From Nemertoderma westbladi (taxonomy: Eukaryota > Animalia > Xenacoelomorpha): a stretch of DNA of 42,231 nucleotides. Each line of letters begins with the position of its first letter. The stretch's first letter is position 1. Shown one piece after another: positions 22,990 through 35,738 of this stretch. A program made the position numbers and the translations under genes. The notes beneath the pieces are model-generated. The model was not told where the DNA came from and did no database searches. It saw nothing but the letters and a program-made list of their open reading frames with translations. The stretch is taken from contig JAUCBJ010000124.1 of assembly GCA_032718475.1 (NCBI GenBank), positions 1-42,231 of the forward strand, given 5' to 3'.

Positions 22990-24367
22990 GTAAAAAAGCA
23001 AAGGAAGATCTTAAATTAGCCTACAACACCAGCCAATTACAACTGTTCACATACAGCAACATTCAAAACTTACCTGGCAAACTGTAAATGAGGTATCTGG
23101 TCGGAAAAGTTGTGCAAAGGGGCGCCTCAAAGCCGATAGTCCTGAAGGAAGAACGTGTTGGGAAGTGGAAAAATCACTTCAGCAACTTGCTTGGGCAGCC
23201 ACCAAACATCGAGGTCAGCCCTACAAGGAAAATATATGACAAGACACTACCTATAGAAACAGGAGACTTCACACCTGCCGAACTCCAAAGAAGCATTAAA
23301 AGCATGTCCAATAATAAAGCGAGTGGATTAGATGAAATCCCAGCGGAGGTATGGAAAACCGGAGTGCTAAACAGACCATTATTGAATGTTTGCAACCGGA
23401 TGTTAAAAGGGGAAAAGCCACCACCAATTTGGACTAAAGGTCAACTAAAGCCTCTCCCCAAGAAAAGAGACCTCGGCATACCAACAAACTATCGTGGGAT
23501 CTGTCTGCTTGTGGTAGCTGCCAAAATATACAATAAAATGATTCTATATAGGATTAGGCCTCACATAGAGAAACTACTGCGTAAGAGCCAAAACGGATTT
23601 CGACCAAGTAGATCAACAATAGCTCAGATACTTGCACTACGGAGACTGATTGAAGGAATTAAGTCAAAGAATCTCCCCGCAGTCATGACTTTTGTGGACT
23701 TCAAGAAGGCATTCGACTCCATCCATAGAGGCAAAATGCTTGAAATCCTAAGAGCTTATGGAATACCAGAAGTAATCGTGGCTGGTATTGGATTGTTATA
23801 TTGTGACACAGAAGCTCAGGCACTCTCACCAGATGGTGAAATTGAGTTAATCTCAATCATGGCTGGCGTATTGCAAGGTGACATTGGAGCCATTACTATT
23901 CGTAATTACTTGATTACGCAATGAGGACAGCCACAAAGGGTGAAGATCTGGGATTCACACTTCAAGAACGCAGAAGTAGTAGATATCCGGCAACTACAGT
24001 CGCAGACACCGACTTTGCGGATGACATATCCCTGCTCTCTAATACGCTATCAGATGCACAGCTTATACTGAATAAAGCAGAGAGCCAGAGAGGGCTGCTA
24101 AGGAGGTTGTAATGCATATATAAATCCTACCAAAACGAATTCATGACTTTTAATGTTGATGGAAACTTGACAACAATCGATAATAATCAACTAAGAAAGA
24201 TTGACGACTTCCTACCTTGGGTCATGGATGGACTTGGAAATCAGACCTATCCAGGCACCTGGAGACAAAGTTCTATCGAGCAACAGTGGAAAGTGTACTT
24301 TTATAGGGGGGTGAGACCTGAACACTAACGAAATCACTTGAACAACGAATTCAGGGTTGCTACACAA
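22990..24367 (+). mobile_element. Degenerate RTE-clade LINE reverse transcriptase fragment (family B)
   Basis: Motifs KASGLDEIP, NYRGICLL, QNGFR, FVDFKKAFDS, GVLQGD, DFADD and KFYRATVESVLL, with frameshifts and stops. Confidence 0.92.
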
Positions 24368-24811
24368 CACTACTACTGGGATCGGCATGCTGCATTGTAA
24401 CTGCATTATATATATGTTACATATATATTAAGAATGATGGGCCGGCTTGTTGACGAAATTGCGCCGCCATAACTCCCTATCACCTATGACATTTGCTAGA
24501 TCATCCGCATCTTCAAGGTCAGTGTCCTTTAAGATGCGTCTCAAGAAAGTCATGGGCTGTCCACCATGCTTATTAACTCCATGAGGCCGCGAAAGAACAA
24601 GATTATGCACTGGCTGGTCCTCACGGTGAAAGCAATGTCCTGCAAAGCGGAGGCGGCTTTGTTCTAGTGTCAAGCTTGGGGGGACAAATGAGACACCTCA
24701 AATGTTATATAGTGTCTGGTTGGAGATGTGTGCATTGTACTTGACACAGTGAGAGTGAACCCGGCGTAGCATTCTTGTGAATATGCCATCCAGAGACTCC
24801 CATAGAGGAGC
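24368..24811 (-). mobile_element. RTE family A 3' fragment, antisense, tail-to-tail with the family B relic
   Basis: LEQSRLRFAGHCFHREDQPVH on the minus strand, an (AGT)n tail at ~24370-24378 and an internal deletion near 24795. Confidence 0.88.
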
Positions 24812-25977
24812 CAGACTACCAAGTTTACTAAGTTGTGTACCAAGTTTGGATAGATTTTATCAAGATTTGGCAGAGTTATTAACGTTTAAATTTGAACACA
24901 ACAGAACGACAGAACAATAGACACACCGATTGAGTTAGTGGTACCCGTATGCTAAGCTCGCTTACTTTCGTGGCTCGCCCCACATAGATGACACAATCGC
25001 CTCAATTAATGGGGAATGAAGTGGCATGAATATTGATATAATGTTAACTATCCTTTTGATTTTACTATAAGTTTGATGGTAAAAAAAATTTAATATAAGA
25101 CAACGAATATGTTATGATTCCCCTACCTGAAAGTGGAGGGAGTATAGAGGAAAGAATGGGGCGGGGGGTGTCGCCCTGTAGGTGTAGAGTAACAAATTAA
25201 ATACACATAATTAGCATTAGAAAATAAAAAGTATCAATTTTGTGAAATGTAAAGACCTAGCTTAGAAAATGTAAAATGCAAATTCCTATAAAATAAAGGA
25301 GAAATTTATGAAACACTGCAAGAAAGATCTTACTTTTAATGTGACAGATATTAGTGGCAGGTGTATGAGCAATTAATTTGCTATGCAAACATTGGGAGAC
25401 CCTAACTGGCGTCAGTTTGACAAGCTGCTCTACAACTGGAATCCTAGACGTCCTGCTGATAAAAAATAGACTATCATTATTTATATGGATACAGAAGCTT
25501 CAATGCATGTGTGTATAGACACAACGTGCTGAAGACAGGTATAATTTTACACAGGTGGTATATGTTAGTAAGTTGTTAGTTATTATATAAAGTTAGGCAA
25601 GTAAACCGAAGTTAGGTACTAAACTAAACCGAGGTTACTAAACAGAGGTTAGGACATGAAAGTTAAACCAGAACTTTATCTACAAAGAGATGAGAGACAA
25701 ACACTGGTGAGGGGAGGGTGGCGATCGAAACCATCCTAAACCACTAACCATAACTGCCGATAACCCATCAAGGTATGCGAGAGTTAGTGGATGAGTTTGG
25801 GGTCTCAATCGTATAGCGATTTGTTAGTACCGGTTGTTAACATTGCAAAGATGCCAAAAAATGAATTTCGTTGAGAACAACTGAGATAGGAGCGTTCGAA
25901 AGTTTTAGTCTCTGCGCGAGGCTATTTGATTGCCAAACAATCTAGTTAGAACATTAATACCAAATTCCCTAGCTTAA

Positions 25978-26851
25978 GGGGGGGGTATACCCCCCCATGA
26001 ACCTTTTTTTAAAATGGCTGTCAAATAGTGTTAAATGATAATATTGCTATTTTGTCATGGTCAACCACTGTATGGAAGGCCAAATAGCCTTTATAGTAAA
26101 ATTTGAAAATTTGTAGCCTCCCCCTAGCGGCTGGCGGCGGAATTAAAGATTTCACTAAAATTGCTACTAGTCCCTCAATTTTGGTCCAAATTTCTTGAAA
26201 CCAACTTTTTTGGACTCAGCGTGATCGACTCTACAAAAGTTATCTTATAGAATTTTTAATTAGCCATTTTTATTTTAATTAATTAATTTAATTAATTAAT
26301 TATCATATTTTTAATTAAAATTGGCTAATTATAAAAAATGGAAATATTTATCAAAATTCCATAAGATAACTTTTAAAGAGCTACCAAAGCTCGTTCGAAT
26401 GAGCCATAAAAGAAGAAAATTGGTTGAAAAATGACGGAGGAGTAGTAATTTGAAAATGAAAAATGTCATTCCGAGAAAATTCCCTTCAAAGTTTAAACCG
26501 TCCCTCCAAAATTGGCTGTCTGCGTTCTGGTTGGTTAATTATTTCCGGCACGAAGGTTGCACACCAACGAGCTAAAATGTTCATTACGGGGGTTTTCGGG
26601 GTCGCTGATTTCATTTCCGATGTCAGTTTTAATTTTTGGTGGAATCTAGTCTATTTGTCTGTCTGTCGGTCTTCTGTCTTTCTTACAATTTGACGGACAG
26701 ACCGTCATACGGAAAAACAGTGATAACTCGTGAACTGAAAGAGGTCTCACTAAGCGGTTTTCAGATTTGTAATCCTCATTAAATTCTGCTCTAGATGAAA
26801 TAAAGAAACAACAATTTGAAAATTTTACCTGAGGGGGGGTATACCCCCCCC
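25978..26851. mobile_element. TTAA-flanked non-autonomous element (Kolobok-like termini)
   Basis: TTAA|GGGGGGGGTATACCCCCC...GGGGGGGTATACCCCCCCC|TTAA; the TIRs are themselves palindromic. An internal AT-rich inverted repeat spans ~26150-26450. Confidence 0.85.
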
Positions 26852-27089
26852 TTAATGAGCCTAAATGTTACATTTTAATCAACTCGATTTATTTTAACGT
26901 ATTTTTGCACTAGACCTTTGTACATATTATTCAAATTTTACCTATGCCAGTATACATGCAGTTTGAAATATTAATGATTTTAAAATACTCTATTTTTTAA
27001 ATATTTTATAACTTTTATTTATAACATTTGTAGGCCTACTGAGGCAATTCAATCTTATGCCATGTGTCTCGTAATTTAACAAACTCATA

Positions 27090-27900
27090 GGCCCGGGTAC
27101 ATGAGCTTTCAACTTTCAACAATCAACTTTCAAATAACTAAGTCTCTAAATGTTCACCGGTTCACAAATAAACATTCAACTTTCAGCTCATAAAAATTAT
27201 TGTATAAATCGCTTCGAACCTCTTATAGAATCGCTTAGAAATAAAGGGTTGAACAATATTCAGTTGGCAGTTACAAAAATCTGTATTATTTTCTATACAG
27301 AGTTTTTTTATTTTATCTAAAGTAATAATTTTTAATATGAATATCTAAATCGATGACGTAATATTAGCATAATTATAAATACAGGCGGCGAAATAAACGC
27401 CGATATTTGGTTCACTCGATCAATCAAAAAAGGTTGTTGTACGGCGTTATCGGAAAACTGTATCAAGATTTGCGGGCAGATGTTATAAAAGAAATATAGG
27501 AAATTTTTTAATAACATATAGGGAATAAGAGAATGTCAATTTCATCCTTTGATGAATTACTCTCATCTAAAGAACCCCATATATAGAGAGAGATAGCAAG
27601 TGGAGGAAGTCTATACCGGGCTATGCAAGAACTTCTAACTTTAAAGGTAAAGTAAGTGTTATTATACTGTAGCTGCTATAATTTATAAACATTACTTACT
27701 TCTGATTGGTTGTCAATGCTGGAAATGCCAGCCTTCAACTTTCAAGTAAGATAGAACATAGGACTAGTGCATTTAGAACAGTTGAAAGTTGCATGTTGAC
27801 TGTTTAGGTTGTGAACGTCCCCATAGGCTACAATATTATGTCCTATCTTTTAATTGTAAGTTGAATGTTGAAAGTTGAAAGCTCATGTGTGACCCGGGCC
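27090..27900. mobile_element. PIF/Harbinger-like MITE
   Basis: GGCCCGGGTACATGAGCTTTCAACTTTCAACA...TGTTGAAAGTTGAAAGCTCATGTGTGACCCGGGCC; flanks are ATA / TTA. Confidence 0.82.
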
Positions 27901-27969
27901 TTATGACACTAATAAACAATACCAATACCAATACCAACGCTACTCCCATTCAAAATTCATATTTGTCAC

Positions 27970-28100
27970 AGTGCAGATAAGTTACCAGGGGCGATGATAT
28001 GTTCCCAAGGGGCGATAAAGGAACATTTGAGGGGCGATAAGTTCCCAGGGGGGCGATAAGGTCCGAGTGCGATAAAAGTGCAAGGGGCGATAAGGCCATA
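27970..28100 (+). repeat. Degenerate ~22-bp GGGGCGATAAG repeats, probably an orphan transposon subterminal array
   Basis: Six or seven GCGATAA-core units. Confidence 0.55.
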
Positions 28101-28104
28101 CAAT

Positions 28105-28324
28105 ATCACCCCCCCCCCCGCCCAAAAAAAAAAATCCACAAATCTTATCATATTGCTTGAAATTTAAAACACAACTAGTTAAACTCACCGTCGTTGACCC
28201 CATAAAGCTGGCATTTTCGATTTTGCCTTTAAATTCGTTATGACGTTTTAAAAATGTTTCATTAGCGACATCGCATCCTCCGAATCGTGGCCATTCTATT
28301 CTTCATATTAGTAGTCGTTATTTT

Positions 28325-28389
<65 letters not shown>

Positions 28390-28470
28390 TAGTATTAGAA
28401 AGCTTACGTTGCAAGGAATATGTAACATGTCTAAGTTTCGTTGATAAACAGCTGAGATATAGGCGTTCAA
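28105..28470 (+). mobile_element. Truncated arm of the 10460-11367 MITE family, interrupted by (TA)n at 28333-28386
   Basis: ACTCACCGTCGTTGACCC, ATCGTGGCCATTCT and CAGCTGAGATATAGGCGTTCAA are colinear with 10500-10810. Confidence 0.8.
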
Positions 28471-30201
28471 GTATAAATAATTTTATTTACCCAAGTATAA
28501 ATAATTATATATTGTTCCTAAAATTTGTAACCATTATCCCTAAGAATCCATAATGTCGGAATTGAATGAATCTCTTTAGGGTTTTTGAATCTCTTATAAC
28601 AAATTTAATCAAATCACAGTTACTATAATAGTTAATTAGATATTGAAAAAAATAAACAAGTAATATTGTCACTAATTGATATTGCTCCAAAATTATATTT
28701 AATACTCTGCACCAAATAAAGTCTATCTGTAAACAAAAACACCAAATTTAATATACTTTGGCCATACAAATAAATTTGAATAACCCCTATTAATTATCCG
28801 TCAAAGGTATCAAAATAATTTTATTGAGGCCGAGGACAAAATAAATTTAAAAACGAGAAGAAAATTCAATTGATATTTGCGCCAGTAGCTTCCACCTGCC
28901 CCGCCCCACTACTCCATTGGTTTGTTACTCGCGTGAATCAAAAAGCTGTAAAGTTTACAGCAAGTTTGTACCGGTATGAGTATTCAATTGTGTAGTGTAT
29001 CTGTATGTGTGTGTATATTATAAAGTATGCAGACCGTATTTTCAAATTTTGTTATTAAAATTAATAATAACAATAAGTAGAATTTCTCCAATTATATAAG
29101 GAAGGGACACAAAAAAGTTCCCAAAAATAATGCAAAAAAAAATGCTAAATATGGCAAATATTTATTTTCTAAGAGCATTTTTAACATAAATTTCATGATT
29201 GATTTCTCACACCGGCGTATCATGGTGATATATTTCACGTATCCAAAATCTGTCTAAACTGTATAACGTATTTTTTGATTGTCGCTGTTGAAAGTACAGG
29301 CATATTTCAATTTTAAGCCAAAAAATGAATCTTCCAACTTTAATTTCAAAATTTTGTGTGTTAATGGAAATGATCTTAAGAAAGGAGTAGGCCAATTTTC
29401 GATATTGTTATTACGGCTTAAACCAATTCATTCACAGGGTAAAATTATATGGACTATTAGTACATAATTTAACAATCTCAGTTTTGGCCCTGTGTTTTGA
29501 CCCTAATAATAATTAATACAGTAGAAATAGTTTGACCTAATATAAAAAAAAGTTTAACAGCGCAATCAGAAGTTATAGTAATTTTCGCGTTTGCTTGCTT
29601 GTAACATTGCAGGCTGCTCATTGGGTTAAATTATCGTGTTTGCAGTTACCTTAGCTGTGATGATGCAGTCTGTTAATTGGTGTTAAACTAGAATTCTAAT
29701 TTATATAAGCATATTGTACCGGGGTGGAGTGATTCCAAGCTTCAGGTTGTTTCATTATAAATTACTCGCCTAGAGCTGGAAACTCTACTAAAAACTAACC
29801 GGCGTATTGGCAGAGTTAAGTAACGTACGATCGCAGCGATGCTAACATTAGGTACAACTCAGGCGAGTACCTATTGTAATATAAGTGATAAAATAGACAA
29901 TTAAATATGCGCTGCATCTATAGGGCGATACTCGGTTTTCCCTGCGGGCCTGGGAATTGATATGGTGGGGTAAAGAAAAGCAAAGGGCTTAACCTGAAAA
30001 TAGTATATAAGTAGCGGAAGCAGAGTGATTGTGCTCGGGGATTTAATTGGATGGTAAGAGTGTAACTTACATTTAAGTGTGCAGATTTCATTCGCTGAAT
30101 TTTTGGTGTTTTCATTTTATTATCACAGTTTTCGGTGTGAATACTCTTTCCAAAAAAGCACAACGAAACAAAATCAAATAAATATGACAGTAAAAAACAG
30201 A

Positions 30202-30454
30202 TAGGATAGGGGTGGGGAGACTTTCGACGCAATCCCATCCCACTCCTGGGGAAAATCGACGCAAATAACAGTTGATTACTCTCAAAAATAAAGCAGTAAC
30301 CTGTTCTATAGACTTTTTTGTTTGTTTAGTTTATTGTTTTGGTTAAAATAATGTGCCATTGTAAACCCTTCCCTTAATTAATAATTAAACATTGAGACCG
30401 GATGGATATTAATTCGCAGAGATGGGATTTGCGTGCAGTTTTCTCACTTGTCTA
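30202..30454 (+). mobile_element. ~250-bp MITE, diverged copy of 33960-34213
   Basis: Shares GACGCAAATAACAG.TGATTACT.TCAAAAATAAA, GTTTAGTTTATTGTTTTGGTTAAA and GGGATTTGCGT. Confidence 0.75.
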
Positions 30455-31150
30455 AAAAAAAACACATAAAAATAACTTCGAATCAACTAATACAGTGTAG
30501 CTAATACCGCTAATACTAATAATACTGCTACAGTGTAGTACCAGACAGGGTTAGCACCTAAACGGCTAAAAATTGATTTGTATTGCAAATTGACCTATTC
30601 CTACATGAGGATGTTTAAAACATAAATTGTAAGTAGAAGGTTGTAAGTAGATATATTAAGTAACATGCTAACTGTATTTCATCATTTATACAAACATAAA
30701 TACAAACATATAAAGGTTCACAAAATTCTCGACAGAAAGCCACATTTTTAAGGACCAGAATCATAATGTTCCGATTCTCACAACAAACACAAAACTCATG
30801 CCACGTAGGTACCGGTACAATAAATTAACGATATATAAACGGTGCAAACTAGCACATTGTTTCTTTCGTTTATGGTACACCAGATTGTATTGTGTTACAC
30901 AAACACAATATATTGAATTGTTAATAATAACTTGAGATACACGTCACTAAGTAGTAAATAACTTTTGATACGCAATACAAATTTAAACAAAAACAACAAC
31001 AAGACATTGTATTGAAGGTGGTAAGTAAATAACTGGGAATTATACCCCAGACAGTACGTAGTGTAAGTGTAAGTAGATTTAATAGACTGCAGTATAGGAC
31101 AAAGTCCCTGCACAATACTGCAGTGCAGTAAGTAGATTAAGTAGACTGAC

Positions 31151-32725
31151 TACACCACCCTCTCTAACCTCCTACACCACCCTCTCTAACCTCCAACACC
31201 AGCCTCTCTAGCCTCCTACACCAGCCTCTCTAGCCTCCTATACCAGCCCCTCTAGCCTCCTATACCACCCTCTCTAGCCTCTTATACCAGCCTCTCTAGC
31301 CTCCTACACCAGCCTCTCTAGCCTCCTATACCAGCCTCTCTATCTCTAACCTCCTATACCAGCCTCTCTAGCCTCCTATACCAGCCTCTCTCTCTAGCCT
31401 CCTATACCAGCCTCTCTAGCCTCCTATACCAGCCTCCTACACCAGCCTCTCTAGCCTCCTATACCAGCCCCTCTAGCCTCCTATACCAGCCTCTCTAGCC
31501 TCCTATACCAGCCTCTCTAGCCTCCTATACCACCCTCTCGATCTCTAACCTCCTATACCAGCCTCTCTAGCCTCCTATACCAGCCTCTCTCTCTAGCCTC
31601 CTATACCAGCCTCTCTAGCCTCAGCCTCCTACACCAGCCTCTCTAACCTCCTATACCAGCGTCTCTAGCCTCCTACACCAGCCTCTCTAGCCTCCTATAC
31701 CAGCCTCTCTAGCCTCCTACACCAGCCTCTCCAGCCTCCTATACCAGCCTATCTAGCCTCCTATACCAGCCTCACTAGCCTCCTATACCACCCTCTCTAG
31801 CCTCCTATACCAGCCTCTCTAGCCTACTATACCAGCCTCACTAGCCTCCTATACCACCCTCTCTAGCCTCCTATACCAGCCTCTCTAGCCTCCTACACCA
31901 GCCTCTCTAGCCTCCTATACCAGCCTCTCTAGCCTCCTACACCAGCCTCTCTAACCTCCTATAGCAGTCTCTCCAGCCTCCTATGCCACCCTCTCTAGCC
32001 TCCTATACCAGCCTCTCTAGCCTCATATACCAGCCTCTCTAGCCTCTTATACCACCCTCTCTAGCCTCCTATACCAGCCTCTCTAGCCTCCTATAGCAGC
32101 CTCTCCAGCCTCCTACACTAGCCTCCTATACCAGCCTCTCTAGCCTCTTATACCACCCTCTCTAGCCTCCTATACCAGCCTCTCTAGCCTCCTACACCAG
32201 CCTCTCTAGCCTCCTATACCAGCCTCTCTAGCATCAGCCTCTCCAGCCTATCTAGCCTCTTATACCACCCTCTCTAGCCTCCTATACCAGCCTCTCTAGC
32301 CTCTTATACCACCCTATCTAGCCTCCTATACCAGCCTATCTAGCCTCCTACACCAGCCTCTCTAGCCTCCTATAACAGCCTCTCTAGCATCAGCCTCTCC
32401 AGCCTCCTATACCACCCTCTCTAGCCTCCTACACCAGCCTCTCTAGCCTCCTATACCAGCCTCTCTAGCCTCCTACACTAGCCTCTCCAGCCTCCTATAC
32501 CACCCTCTCTAGCCTCCTACACCAGCCTCTCTAGCCTCCTATACCAGCCTCTCTAGCCTCCTACACTAGCCTCTCTAACCTCCTATACCAGCCAGTCTAG
32601 CCTCCTACACTAGCCTCCTATGCCACCCTCTCTAGCCTCCTATACCAGCCTCTCTAGCCTCCTATACCAGCCTCTCTAGCCTCCTACACTAGCCTCTCTA
32701 ACCTCCTATACCAGCCAGTCTAGCC
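31151..32725. repeat. 22-bp minisatellite (CCAGCCTCTCTAGCCTCCTATA)n, ~70 units, abutting the CAMKMT stop codon
   Basis: Direct reading: a C-rich plus strand with variant and truncated units. Confidence 0.97.
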
Positions 32726-33664
32726 TATCTGCTTCGTTACTTTCACTAACAATGGGTAATGAATGTTCTCATCATATATATGATTCCCCATCGCTTTCAT
32801 CTTACTATGAATTATATTCACAATCTTATCGTAATTCTCCTCCATTTCCACTGCCACCCCGGGGTCCCCCCTACACAATCGCACGAATTCCTGTAGAGTA
32901 TTATGGCGACGCGGTGCGAATATAAACGCAACACCGCCCGGCTTAAGCATCGCAACCAACGCCCCCTTGAGGTCGGCGCGGTACTCATCGAAGAACAAGC
33001 AATCTGCGTTGAGGATGAAATCGAACTTATTCTCTAACTCCTTGGGAACGGTGTCCCAGCGGAGATATCCGACGGACACAGCGGTTCTGCCGAACGAGTT
33101 ATCTCCCACTGAGATCTCCACATTCTTAGAGGCTTCCTGGTTACCATCCGTCAGATGAACCTCGCTGCAGACGCCGAGACTAGCGAGCATCAACCCCGCG
33201 AGACACGTCATACCTCCGCCCAACTCGCAGACGGATTTCCCCGCGAATAACCCAGAGTTTTTAAGAGCGTAGTAAGCGAGCACCTCCTCGGAGGGCCAGA
33301 CACAGACGTTACCGGTACTGTTAAACAACAGCAGGTCCTCCAGCACGATAGGGCCCGTGAGATGACGGCATTTAACCGCGAGTTTGTGCGAACTTATTCC
33401 AGGTAAGGAGCAGCGGTATTCGTACCACGTGGTCTCGGAATCGGAGTTTAGTTCCACAACGTCGAAGAGGTTAAATGTGTAGAACCGTCTAACGCTCAAC
33501 CCGGATGGCCCACCAGCAGACCGCGATCTACGGCGCAGGATTGAGCGCAACAGCCCCCATCGCTTCTTAGCTGCAGGTTCCCGTGGTGTCGATTTAACAC
33601 CTCCACCAGATTCTATTGAAGCTTTGAGTTCCTTGCAAGGATTTGGTGAAGAACACTCAGCCAT
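32720..33664 (-). CDS. CAMKMT: Calmodulin-lysine N-methyltransferase, 314 aa, uninterrupted CDS
   Basis: Family motifs RWGLLR, SVRRF, TGNVCVWPSEEVLAYY, SAM-binding VCELGGGMTCLAGL, LTDGN, ADCLFF, APRR and YDENIHYPLL. Confidence 0.95.
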   Translation of the reverse strand: MAECSSPNPCKELKASIESGGGVKSTPREPAAKKRWGLLRSILRRRSRSAGGPSGLSVRRFYTFNLFDVVELNSDSETTWYEYRCSLPGISSHKLAVKCRHLTGPIVLEDLLLFNSTGNVCVWPSEEVLAYYALKNSGLFAGKSVCELGGGMTCLAGLMLASLGVCSEVHLTDGNQEASKNVEISVGDNSFGRTAVSVGYLRWDTVPKELENKFDFILNADCLFFDEYRADLKGALVAMLKPGGVAFIFAPRRHNTLQEFVRLCRGDPGVAVEMEENYDKIVNIIHSKMKAMGNHIYDENIHYPLLVKVTKQIG

Positions 33665-33959
33665 TGTGGATAAAATATAATAAAGTGACCTCTATTACAG
33701 TATTATTTATATTGTATATACTATGTGCTGATGTGTATGTGTGCTCTGCTCACTGTTCAAGTGCTATGCAATGTTAATAATACCCTGTAAAAGGCCTTGC
33801 CTATTAGAAATCACTTGGATATCACACTAGACAGCTAGGCGCCAGTTTTTCACGGATCTAGTTGGCCTTGCAGGTAACAAGTGTGGCGACTCAAGCTCTA
33901 ATTCAAGCAGTAATGAAAAATGTCCGTGTATGGTGTTTAGCCTCTGCTGCTCTGATATC

Positions 33960-34213
33960 CAGATAGGGGGGAAAACTGGACGCAATAAAAATTCATCCTT
34001 CTCCAGGGGAAATTGGACGCAAATAACAGCTGATTACTGTCAAAAATAAAACTGTAACCTGCTCTATTGTGTTTAGTTTATTGTTTTGGTTAAATTAAAA
34101 TAACGTGCCACTGTAACCTGCACCTTTCCCTAAATTAAGAATTTAACATTGAGGCAGGATATTAATTCGCCAAGGTGGGATTTGCGTCCAGTCCCCCCCC
34201 CCCCCCCCGTCTC
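33960..34213 (+). mobile_element. ~250-bp MITE with 8-bp TSD (hAT-like), ~300 bp upstream of the CAMKMT ATG
   Basis: CTGATATC at 33952-33959 and 34214-34221; imperfect TIRs containing ACTGGACGCAA / TTGCGTCCAGT. Confidence 0.75.
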
Positions 34214-34596
34214 CTGATATCAGGATTCACGATTGGGATATACAAAATACAGATTGGACATAAATATACTATAATCTGTGATAGTGCAGTAGTGTAAATG
34301 GTCACTGAAATAATGGGACTAGGCCTACCCGTTAATTACATCTGTTATAATTTTACATAATTTGTTAAATTTTTGGGAATTTCCGGTTTGGGGGGCACTG
34401 AAACGCTAAAAACACATGTGTCTAAAACACTTGTCTGGTGGGAAAACACTTAGAAAATTTTTCTCATATTAATTTCTACATTGTCTATAGGCCTATATGA
34501 AAAGTTTTTATATGAAAATATATATGAAAAGTAAAGATTTTTTTCGAATATTCATTACCAGTACTACATCATACCACTATGCGCTATGTATGAAAA

Positions 34597-35089
34597 AAAA
34601 GGTCCGATTATTTAGAGCAGCAGTAGTTCCAGTACTCCTCTACGGGAGTCCATGCTGGGCTCTAACTGCTGAGGACACCAAATCTCTGGATGGCACATTC
34701 ACAAGAATGCTACGCCGGGTTCATTGTGTCAAGTACAATGCACACATCTCCAACCAGACACTATATAACATTGGAGGTGTCTCATTGGTTCCCCCAAGCT
34801 TGACACTAGAACAAAATCGCCTCCGCTTTGCAGGACATTGCTTTCGCCGTGAGGATCAGCCAGTGCATAATCTTGTACTTTGGCAGCCTCATGGAGTGAA
34901 TAAGCATGGTGGACAGCCCATGACTTTCTTGAGACGCATCTTAAAGGACACTGGCCTTAAAGATGCGGATGATCTAGCAAATGTCATGGGTGATAGGGAG
35001 TTGTGGCGGTGCAATTTTGTTGACAAGCCGGCACAGCATTCTTAAAAATGCAGCTGCAATGCAGCATGCCGATCCTAGTAGTAGTAGTA
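34597..35089 (+). mobile_element. 5'-truncated RTE family A insertion with intact TPRT hallmarks
   Basis: Open C-terminal frame, (TAG)n tail and 11-bp TSD ATGTATGAAAA (34586-34596 / 35090-35100). Confidence 0.92.
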
Positions 35090-35349
35090 ATGTATGAAAA
35101 GACCCTGATATTTTTCTCAAATTTCCCGGTCTCCTCGGGAAAATTGCGGAAAAAAGACGGGAAACATTTTCGCAAAAATTGTAAAGATTTTAGATAGGCC
35201 TAAAACACTGAAACATGGTTTTCTCAATCAATATTTTTATTAGGCCTATACATAACAGCATAATCTGAGTATAATTATCAGATTATAGAAATACCGACGT
35301 ATGAGTACTAAACAATACAAAGCATGCAAATTAATTTCACCATTTTTTG

Positions 35350-35492
35350 AGGGAAAGGAGCAGGTTACAGAGGCAGGCTTTTCTAACCAAAACAATAAAC
35401 GGCCACTTTAACAATTGTGGGAAGGGAGCAGGTTGCAGATGTGGGCTTTTCTAACCAAAACAATAAACGATCACTTTACTAATTGAGGGAAA
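35350..35492 (-). repeat. Two tandem ~68-bp units related in reverse to the interior of the 33960-34213 MITE
   Basis: GGGAAAGGAGCAGGTTACAG..TAACCAAAACAATAAAC occurs twice; it is the reverse complement of ~34076-34130. Confidence 0.6.
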
Positions 35493-35738
35493 CCATATGG
35501 TCAGACAGTCGGTAGAAATAATGTTAATGAAAAAAAATTGTAAAAAGCATTTGATAAAATAATAAGGTACCCGGTCTGCCGGTATATATATAAATATATA
35601 TATAAGTGTTTTAACTTTTAAGGGACGGTCCCCAAAGTAACAATTAAACAATACAGCAATACCCGCAGTAGTTATGACAGTACCGGTACTGCTGTACTGC
35701 AGCCAACATGAGTCTGTCAGTCTGTGGTCAGAGACCAC

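Noticed and set aside
22990-24811. Twin-priming inversion of a single LINE
   Set aside because: The pieces are tail-to-tail and encode different sequences for the same region (RATVESVLL versus RAAVVPVLL in family A), so they are two families.
33310-33317. TACCGGTA inside CAMKMT as a footprint
   Set aside because: It encodes the conserved (N/S)TGN motif, so it is coincidental. This shows that motif presence alone is not proof of a scar.
30202-34213. Composite transposon carrying CAMKMT between two MITE copies
   Set aside because: The right copy has its own TSD, the copies are clearly diverged, and no shared outer TSD is seen.
34497-35045. 182-aa ORF as a host gene
   Set aside because: Chance fusion of AT-rich flank to a truncated RTE C-terminus bounded by a TSD.
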